This document shows positions 54,700-64,000 of a stretch of 64,000 bases of DNA, piece by piece (position 1 is the first letter of the stretch; each line of letters starts with the position of its first letter). The DNA is taken from positions 682,001 to 746,000 of the forward strand of contig MCFH01000003.1 in the NCBI GenBank assembly GCA_002104945.1, given 5' to 3'. Under the pieces are notes generated by a model. That model saw nothing but the letters and a program-made list of their open reading frames with translations. It ran no database searches and was not told the DNA's origin. This stretch comes from Piromyces finnis finn (lineage: Eukaryota; Fungi; Neocallimastigomycota). The position numbers and the translations under genes were made by a program.

Positions 54700-55330
54700 C
54701 AATAAATATTAATTATAATAATAAATATATTTAAAAGAGCTAATTTATTAGTAAATAAGATTCTTCTAAAAAAATTTCATTATTTTTTAAAGTTAATTAT
54801 ACCAAAAATTTTTCTGTAATGTATTGATAAAATGGTAATACAAAAAAATGTAACTCTACATTTAATAATGAATATAGAAAAAAGTATTTTTCTTTTTTCC
54901 TTTTTTCCTTTATGTTCATTTTTTTTCTTCAGAATATTCTAAATATTTTTTATAATATTTAAAAAATATATATATACATTTCGAAAAAATCATGAATACT
55001 TTTGTAAATTATATTTAATAATTTAAGAAAATATATTATATGTAAAAACTTAATAATTAATTTATCAAAAGTTTATATTTATTAAATATAACAATGACAA
55101 CAATAATACACTTTTTTATAGAAGAGTTACTAGATTGAAACAAGTTTAAGTATAATAATTAATATTTTGTTTAATACTAATCCATCCAAATTTATTATTT
55201 TCTTCCTTGTAAATATATTGTATCTGTGTAATAAATGATAATAGGGAATTCCTTTACTTTTTTAGTAGATAATACTTTGATTTTAATATACATAGCAAAT
55301 GTTTTAGTAACAAGATTAGTTTGTATTTCA
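54700..55330 (-). pseudogene. Heavily eroded further ATPase-family relics
   Basis: Short minus-strand patches (KEFPIIIY, FYKK-CIIVV, TFFCIT, EESYLLI) echo KYPVLYL, FYKRKCIILI, TIFCIT and GESYIDL of the neighbour; many stops and shifts. Confidence 0.35.
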
Positions 55331-55989
55331 ATCATTGGTTTTTTTTAATTTGTTGAATAACTAGTTGAAAAAATGCATATAATATAATAGTAATAGTTAC
55401 TTTAGTATAGTTGTAGTACTATTAGAAGTTTTAATTAAATTATTTTCAACTTCATAATACTTTGTTATTTTTATACATTTTAAACATTTATTTTTATTAT
55501 AGCTTTTTTTATTCTAAACCCATTTATTCTGGATATACATCCACTTTTGCGATTTTTTATAGTAATTAGCTCATTTTAAATATTTACTGTTTCTTTAATG
55601 ATCTTTTTAACCTGAATTGTAATCTTTCTTTAATATTACTGTAATGAACTATACCATTTTCTTTGTCATGTAAATCATTCTTTAATAAATTTGAATAGCT
55701 ATTAAAAATTTTAAAATCAAATAAATTGAAATGTATATTTGAATTGCAATCACTTTTTTTTTTTTATTTAGTATTAAATTTCTTAATTAGATATATTATC
55801 AATATTTAAATCTAAAAATCTTAATTTTAACTTTACACATATTATATTTTACGTTCTTAACATCCTATTTATTATCTATAATTTTATCATTAATAATTTT
55901 ATCATCTGAATTCTATATAGCGTATTTATTAGACTTTATTTTTCATCCTAATCTTTAAATTTAAATTCACATTCAACACAATATGAATA

Positions 55990-56170
55990 TATAAATAGAT
56001 ATATATATAAATAAATAAATATAAAATAAATAAATATATATATAAAATGAATAAATATATATATATAAATAAATATAAAATATATAAATAAATAAATGAG
56101 AATATATATATAATGAATAAATAAATAAATATTAAATAAATAAATTTATATATAAATATATATATTTATA
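55990..56170. repeat. AT/AAAT low-complexity tract
   Basis: Interleaved (AT)n and (AAAT)n units. Confidence 0.7.
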
Positions 56171-56822
56171 GATTAGATCATATTTATTAAATTTTCAAAC
56201 ACCACAATAGTATTTTAAATTTAAACAATAGTTAAAAATTGTACCACTTAAAAATTAGGATTAATTAATAATTAAAGTATTATAATATATTAGATTTTTT
56301 AAAACTGAAAATGTTAAATCATATGAATCATAAAAAAAGGTAGAAACAAACATTTTAATAATGCTTTAAAACACAAATGGAATAATTAAAAAAAAAAAGC
56401 AGATACTAATAATAAAGTCATTATTTGAAAGTGATTTTATTATTTATTATGTTTTTTTTTTTTAATCTTTAATTAAATGTATTCTATTTTATATAATATT
56501 AACAAATATTTAAAAAAACATTTTAAAATAAGTTGTAAAACAGAATTAATGAGTATTTAAACTTTTATAATAAAAAAAATAGATTAAATAAAACATTTAT
56601 ATTTACAGTTATCATTTATCTTTCAAAAGTATTTAAAAAATTAAAAAATTTATTTATAAAAAAATAACTAAATAAACTATTTTGTATAATACAATTTCAT
56701 TTATTTTCTTATAGAATGATAGTCTATAGAAAATATTTAAGTAAGAATTGGTGTAATGATTTTTTATATATATTCATAGATATATATTTATAGCAAAAGG
56801 ATGAGTTGTTGTTTTTTTTTAT

Positions 56823-58504
56823 TTAATTGTATTTAAAAAGTTGAAAAGTTGTATTGGAATTATTATTAAGTGTTCTACTTTTATCATCTAAAGACATGGA
56901 AAGAGAATTAGAATTTTCAAAAATATTGTTATTCGAAAAGTATTTTCCATAGATAGTATCATCTTCTTCCAATGTAAAAGTAGGTAAAGTTAGCGTAGTA
57001 TTGAAATAATAGTCATTATTAGTTTTTGTATTATTATATTTTTTACTTTTTTTCATAGAACTAAATTTCTCATCTGCAAAACTAACATCTCGTAAAATTG
57101 GGGATAAAGGAAGTGTATAATCAGCCTTTTCTGGTTGTTCCAATTTTGATACAAATTTTGAACGATTTTTTTTATTATTTTTATCATAAAAACTATTAAA
57201 ATAGTCATTTCCATCTGCTAATATTCTACTATTATTGTTGGTAAAACATTCATTCTTCTTTAAATATGAAAAATGTTTAAAAACCGAAAACCAGAAATAA
57301 ACAAGTGAATTTAAAAATCCTTGTAATGGTGTGAAAAACTAAAGTAATTATTAAAAAAAATTAGTAAGAGCATATAAAGATAAAAAAAAATAAAATTGTA
57401 TTTATATTTATAAAATTAACTTACAGAATAAAGAAATTGGATTACATAAATAGGATAATTTAAATTTAATGAACTTTGAATAGTATCAATGGATCCCCAA
57501 ATCCTATATACAATAAAAATAGGAATATATTATTATTCTGTATATGTAATATGTAATATATATATTTATTTTAAGAAAATTATTTTTTAATATATACCAT
57601 ATAACAAATAATACTAATAGATATAAATCTGATCGCTTAACAACATTTTTCTTAACAAATGTAGTTTGACTTTGATTTAAATAGTCATAATTTCTTTTTT
57701 TACAAATAATTTCGGTTGAAACATAAACAAAAGTATTAAAAAGAAAAATAATCCAAAGAGGACAGTAAAAAAATAGAATTTTATATTTACTGTAATCTTT
57801 GGTAATCCAGCACCAGAAAGTAGTGTCTCCCAATATAGGTATATTCGATGCATTATTTTTATCCAAATAGTATAAAGGTAAAGTCAGTAATAAACTTAAA
57901 CCTAATAAAGCAATATAAATAAAAATCTCATAATGTTCGATTTCCTTTATTTTTTTATTTAATACTGTTATAAAAAATATATTAAATGCAATTCCTGCAG
58001 TCCAAATAATAGAACAAAGGTAAAAGAAATGAATTGATAATCCATGTAGTTTACAATTATTATCATTTGTATTAAAAAATAGTCTTTTTTTTTTTTTATA
58101 ATATTGAAATAATAAAGAGAATAATATTAATAAAATTTATATTATACTATTGTTTATATTTATTTATTTATTTTAATTAATTTTTTTTTATAATAAATAA
58201 ATTAATTTTTTTTTGTATCACCATCATCAACCACAAAAAAAATTTTTATTATTATTATTAAATAATATTATTATTCATTATAAAAAAAAAAAAAGACTTA
58301 CTGTCTTATGAGAATGTCAAAAGAACCGTATAAATCCCAAAAACTTAATATGAATATAAAACGATTCCATAGTTTCCCCTTACCAAAAAAGTTTTTTGTA
58401 ATAAAAGTTGATATTATAACACTTCCACTCCCTATGAATGAGAGTAGTGAACTAATTTCAATGGCTATTTGTATTCCTTTATTTTCAATATTTGAATATG
58501 TCAT
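56823..58504 (-). CDS. cAMP-receptor-like 7TM GPCR (CAR/CRL-type), 4 exons (58504-58302, 58083-57598, 57503-57425, 57339-56823)
   Basis: In-frame splicing gives SSLLSFIGSGSVIIS (TM1), RFIFILSFWDL (TM2), CKLHG...LCSIIWTAGIAFN (TM3), FWCWI (ECL2), FYCPLW (TM5), FVIWIWGSI (TM6), PLQGFLNSLVY (TM7) and a long Ser/Asn tail. Confidence 0.82.
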
Positions 58505-59794
58505 TTTTTTTTATTCTTTACTATTATCAAGTATTATTTGAGTTTGAGTTTTTTTTTTTTAATTTTAAATATTAAATTTCATTTGATATGTGAAAAATAA
58601 AAACAACAACAACAATTATAATTCTTTTTTAAATATATGAAAGAAAGGAATAGAATAATAATGCTAACTTCTATAACCTTTTTTTCATATATTATATAAT
58701 TAACAATAATTTGATTTTGATATGTATATAATGTATATGATGAAATTAATGAGTTGTAATTCTATTAGAGTATATTTATAAATATATAATAATTATGTAA
58801 AGTATTAATCAATATTGTATTTTTTTTTTTTTATGATTAGATATATCACTATATCACTAGGTATATTTTGTATATAGAAAGAAGTTTTTAGAAAAATTAT
58901 AAAGTATATATCATTGATATGAATTTATACAATTTATATAATTGTATTTTATTAAAGTATGAATGATTATAATTATTTTATTTTTCAAAGAAAAGAATAT
59001 TTATTTACTTGTAAAACTTTTATTATATAAATATTTTTTAATAAAAAAATATTATATATAAAAATATTAAAAGAAAAAAAAATAATAAAATAGTTTTTTT
59101 AAAGTTATTTTCTTTTTCTTTTATACTTTGTAGTAGTCAAAGCTTTTTATTATTATTATTTCCTATATAAAAAAAAATGTTTCGGATTTAAAAAAGGTTA
59201 TTAAATGTAGCAATGAAAAATTAAAAACCAATTTTTAATTTATTATATATTAAAGTTTTAAATAGATTAAATTTCTCCAATTTTAATTTAAACCATAATA
59301 GTAAACAAAAAAGTTAATAAATAAATAATAAAATTAAATAAATAAATAGTTTGATATTTAAATAGTTAATGAATAAATGTTATAATAATTAAATAAATTT
59401 TCATGATGTTTCAAAAATGAAAATATTAAAAAATAAAATAAAAAAAAACGGCGAAAATTCAAATTAAAAAAGATAAATAATGAGAAAAGGTAATGAAAGT
59501 GATGGTGAGAATAACATAAATAAAAAAAAAAAAAGATTATGAAAATGAGATTAATTTACTATTTGCATAAAGTTTAAAAAATAAAACATCATTACTTTTT
59601 TATTAGAAGATGATTTATTAAAAAGTTTGAAAATAATATCTTGTTATAAAAAACTAAGAAAGGACATATAAAGATAAAATATGGTCAAAATTTATAATTA
59701 AAAAAAAAAAAAGTAATGATTAAATAATTCATTTTTTTTTTTAATAATACTTTTTATTACTACACAATAAAAGTGAAAAAAAATATTGTTATAC

Positions 59795-59865
59795 TTTTAA
59801 GGATGAATATTAAAATCTTTTTTTAAGGATGAATATTCAAAGTTTAATGGTTTAAGTGAATATTT
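59795..59865. repeat. 17-bp direct repeat (two perfect copies plus one degenerate)
   Basis: TTTTAAGGATGAATATT at 59795-59811 and 59821-59837; TTTAAGTGAATATT at 59851-59864. Confidence 0.75.
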
Positions 59866-61509
59866 ATTCTTTGCCATTAATTCTATATTTTATTATAAAA
59901 TAAAATTTAAATATAAAAAAATAATAATCATCGTGATGATGATGAGTACCATTTATCTTTTTTTTTTTTTTTAATTTATATTTAATAAAATATTTTAAAC
60001 ATTGTTTACCATTGTTTTTTTTTTTTTTTTATAAACATATAGTTTTAAATTCACCAGTAAATTATGGAATCTTAAATATTAAAATCACCATGTTGAACTA
60101 TTTTTATAATTATAAAAAAATAAACTAACCCAAATATATAATAAATATATAATATCTATTTCTCAACATAATTTGAAGCCACAAAATTCAATACATTCAA
60201 TTTCAATAAACATAATATTTCATTACTAATTAAAAAACCATCAAAAAGAGTAGAGATTGAACAGAACAACAAACAATAATAACCATAATCTAAAGCATAA
60301 TATATCATCTTTATATAGCAATTCATCAAAAAAAAGATTGAGTTAGAATATATTTATAATACCAAGCCACGAAATGATTTAGTCCATTCAATATAATCTA
60401 GTAGCCCACAAGAATATATATTGTATGGATGGTCAAAGAAAAATAAAGGTAGTTGATAAAGAATTAGACAATCTATATAACAACAAAATTATGATAGTAG
60501 TAAAATCAGTTACAAACAATAAATTAATTGTCTTAACTAAATGGGCATTTATTATATTTACCAAATAGTTAAATAAAAATACAAAGTACGTTTCTAGTAG
60601 CTTAAGGTTTCTCCCAGAAATATGGAACTGACTTCAAACTTAAATATTCATAAACTCTCAATTCCGATAGTTTAAGATTGATAATTTCTATCTTTATAAA
60701 ACATATTTATGTTAAATAAATTCTTTTCTCTTTTCTTTTTAATATTTTTACGACAAACTATTCTACTCAATTCTATATTACTATGTGTTATAATATGTAT
60801 GTAAAAGAAAATAAAATAATATTCTTTTTTTTTTAGTATTGTATCCTAATTATATACTGTTTAACATTCAAAGAGTATGAATGTTAAACATTTATAATTG
60901 ATATTATTCCGTTATAATAGTTAGTAATATAGTGTTAAAATAAATATTAAAATATATGAATATTAAAATATAAAAATATTCCACCTTTATACCTGATTAT
61001 TATAATTAGTTATTATCTCCTGGAATTGTTGTTAAAGAAGAGATTCTTGTAAGAAGGAATCTCATCTTCACCTAATATGATAATATAATGATATTATATT
61101 ACAATCACCTTCATCATTGTAATCAAGTAAAATAAATTTAAAAATAATAAACTTTTATTAAAAAATTAAAAATTTAGTATTATACAAAATTCTATTGGTT
61201 AATAAAGTAAAATATCAAAATCTACTACTAAAACATAAAAATTATTGGAATAACTTTTAGGTAATAGCTTTTCATTATATTATAATTGTTCAATTATAGG
61301 TATTATGAATTAATTTAATGTTGTTTAGTTATGCATAAAATAATAAATAAATATAAGCCATGCTTATATTTGTTAAAAACTCATATATTTTTTGTGTTTT
61401 GATATATATTTAAATTAGTGAAATCACTAAAGGATATTATTAAATATTTTACGTTAAACAAAGGAGTTTATTATCTTTAATAGTCTTGTATATTTTTATA
61501 TAGTTCACT

Positions 61510-62090
61510 TAGGTATAGTTCAATTTGTTCAATTTCTTATAGAGCATGGTATTAAAATTAATGAAAAGAAAAATAATGGGGATAGCGCATTAATGAATGC
61601 TGCTAAATATGGACATGTTAAAGTAGTAAAATATTTAAATGATAATAGGCATGATATTAACATAGCAAATAACAATTCATTAATAATAGCATTATACAAT
61701 AATCAATATGATATTGCGAAATACATAATAGAAAAAGATATTAATATAAATACAAAAAATAAAAATAACGTCAATATACTCTTTTTTTGCTATATATAGT
61801 GAAAATATTACACTGATAGAATTTTTAATATATAATAACATTAATATAAATATCAAGGAATGAATATTAATGAAAAGTGTTAAAATGGGGATAACAATAT
61901 TGATGTAAGCAACCAAAAATGGTCATTTAGACATTGTTAAATTATTAATTGAAAAAGGCATAAATATAAATGAAAAAAACAATAAGGGACATATTGCTTT
62001 AATATATGCCTATGAGTATGATCATTTTGATGTTTGTACGTATTTTATGAATAGTGGATGTGACATCAAGCTAAGAGATAAAATAATAAA
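61510..62090 (+). pseudogene. Ankyrin-repeat pseudogene fragment
   Basis: FLIEHGIKINEKKNNGDSALMNAAKYGHVKVVKYL...; after stops and frameshifts ATKNGHLDIVKLLIEKGININEKNNKGHIALIYA; no intact start-to-stop frame. Confidence 0.8.
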
Positions 62091-63446
62091 AAAATAATAC
62101 AAGAAAATATTTTAAAAATATATAGTATAAAATATAATAAAAAAATGGAAAATATTAAAATAGTGACTTAGAATAAAATTAAAAGTTAATTATGATAAAT
62201 CTTAAGATTTATTATATTTATTTTCCTAAAGAAATTGATGAATTTTGTTAATCCACTGATGTTATATGTTATTAAAATTGAAAGGGTTACGTTACATTTT
62301 ATATAAGATAATTAAGTTTGAAGAAATTAATTATCAATAATATCATATTAATGTTTACGATTATTATAAATGTTTCACGGATATAATAAAGGAAAAAAAA
62401 CATATTATTTGACTGAAACTTTATCTTACTTAACATTTCAATATTAATGTGTTTTATATTCTATTTAATATATAAAATGTTTAATATTTGTACAAACATT
62501 ACACATTATCATAATTTGATGATACACATAATAATGAAAAAAAAAAGTATTGATCAGATGGTTGTAATATTGTAATACTTTTTTATTATAAAACTTTAAA
62601 TAATACACTAATGATAGTAAATAAAAATAAATTTGGTATAATTGTATTGAATAAGCTTCATTAATTCAAATTAGATAATTAATCTTTTATAATTTTGATA
62701 TTTTATAATAGTTTATAAATATTAAATTAAAATAATTAAAAAAAGCTTGATTAATATATATATTTTTCTTAAAAAAAATATTATACTATTTAAATTTATA
62801 AAAAAAATATTCAACTTAATAATATTAAATTACAAGAAGTATTTTCATTATTAAAACATTAAATAACCTATTGAAATTTTAATATTATAATGATAGATTC
62901 AAAATAGTCAAAGTCTATTTTTTTTTTTTTTTACAATGTATTCATTCTTGTTATTTTAATTTATTGATGTTTTAATTGGTATTTAATCCTTGAATACATT
63001 TCATTATAAAAAAGTTAAAGTATTAAAATATTATACTATTTTCAAAACTATAATAAACTATTTTATGTAATTAATTCACATTAATTATTAAATTGTACCC
63101 TAAATTTAATTAATAATAATAAACACATTATTAATTTAAATTTTTATTTTTTTTTTTTTAAAAAAAAAAGAATATTTCTTTTTAATGATTCATTAAATAT
63201 TAATTATAATTGAAAATGTCTTATACCCTAAAATAATTATATTAATTAATTAACAATAAAAATCATAATTAAGAAAAAGAAGATTAAAATAAATAAATGA
63301 TACATTAAAAAAATAAATATTTAATACTTTAATTTTAAAAAGTTTTTTCTTTTCTTTTTCTTTTTTTTTTTTTTAAATTTTATTTTCATTTCAATTGAAA
63401 ATTATATATTAAATAAAATATATTGAATAAATACTCAAAAACAAAA

Positions 63447-64000
63447 ATGGCTACAATTAGAATTCATGTTATTGGTGGTGATGGTATTGAAATTGGTAAG
63501 AATAGCTTTATAAAAGAAGATATACATTTAATGATATGAATAATATGAATAGTATTATAATAATATTAATAAAAATTTTAAATATAAAAAAAAATTTGTA
63601 ATTAATAGTTGTTACCATGAACAGAGCCTTACCATTAAAACAATTAATGGATATTTATATAGAAAAGACTGGAAATGTAGGATCAATTAAAAAAAAAATA
63701 AAAATTAAATTATAATCCTAATGAAATAATAAATTAAACATTTTTTACATTTATATTATTTATATTTTTAAAAATAAAAAGGATAAGGGAAAAACAAGAT
63801 TTTTATTTGAAGGACAAAGATTATCTCCAAAACAAACACCCAATGAAGTAAATAATTCTTTTTAATAACATTCAATAATATTCTATTTAATTGAAAAAAA
63901 TAAATATTAATATTAACCTATTTTATATTATTTTATTATAAAAATTTTTTTATTTATAAAAAGTTGGGTATGGAAGATGATGAAACAATTAGCGTTGTTG
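63447..64000 (+). CDS. Divergent SUMO-like (Rad60-SLD/ubiquitin-fold) protein, 4 exons seen, truncated by window end
   Basis: Spliced MATIRIHVIGGDGIEI-VVTMNRALPLKQLMDIYIEKTGN-DKGKTRFLFEGQRLSPKQTPNE-LGMEDDETISVV...; RFLFEGQR, QTP and LGMEDD are SUMO-family signatures. Confidence 0.8.

Noticed and set aside
60180-61130. Slightly GC-richer stretch with hydrophobic or coding-like minus-strand patches (FFDHPYNIYSCGLLDYIEW...)
   Set aside because: Probably a gene relic, but multiple stops and no family I can name.

Overview
Extremely AT-rich, intron-rich eukaryotic DNA, most consistent with an anaerobic gut fungus (Neocallimastigomycota). This is inferred from composition, short AT-rich GT-AG introns, CotH, ankyrin expansions and bacterial-type AAA-ATPase-like/PD-(D/E)XK genes. 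The left two-thirds hold intact genes: an intronless giant ankyrin protein, TOM7 (absent from the ORF track), an unusual receiver-like + twin zinc-finger + Nudix protein, MTR4, TAF13, ASCC2/CUE3, a C2H2 transcription factor, CSN2, an orphan coiled-coil ORF and MED12. About 43.4-55.3 kb is a decaying accessory island: a CotH pseudogene, an orphan gene tail, and a tandem array of bacterial-type ATPase-nuclease genes. The best-preserved member reconstructs as one ~1,315-aa double-module protein (degenerate ATPase module + motif-intact ATPase/PD-(D/E)XK module) with NLS-like motifs at both ends. The right end has a cAMP-receptor-like GPCR, an ankyrin pseudogene and a divergent SUMO-like gene cut by the window edge. 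No rRNA, tRNA, CRISPR array or intact transposon was recognised. All gene models were spliced and translated by eye; family names come from motif recognition, not database searches.
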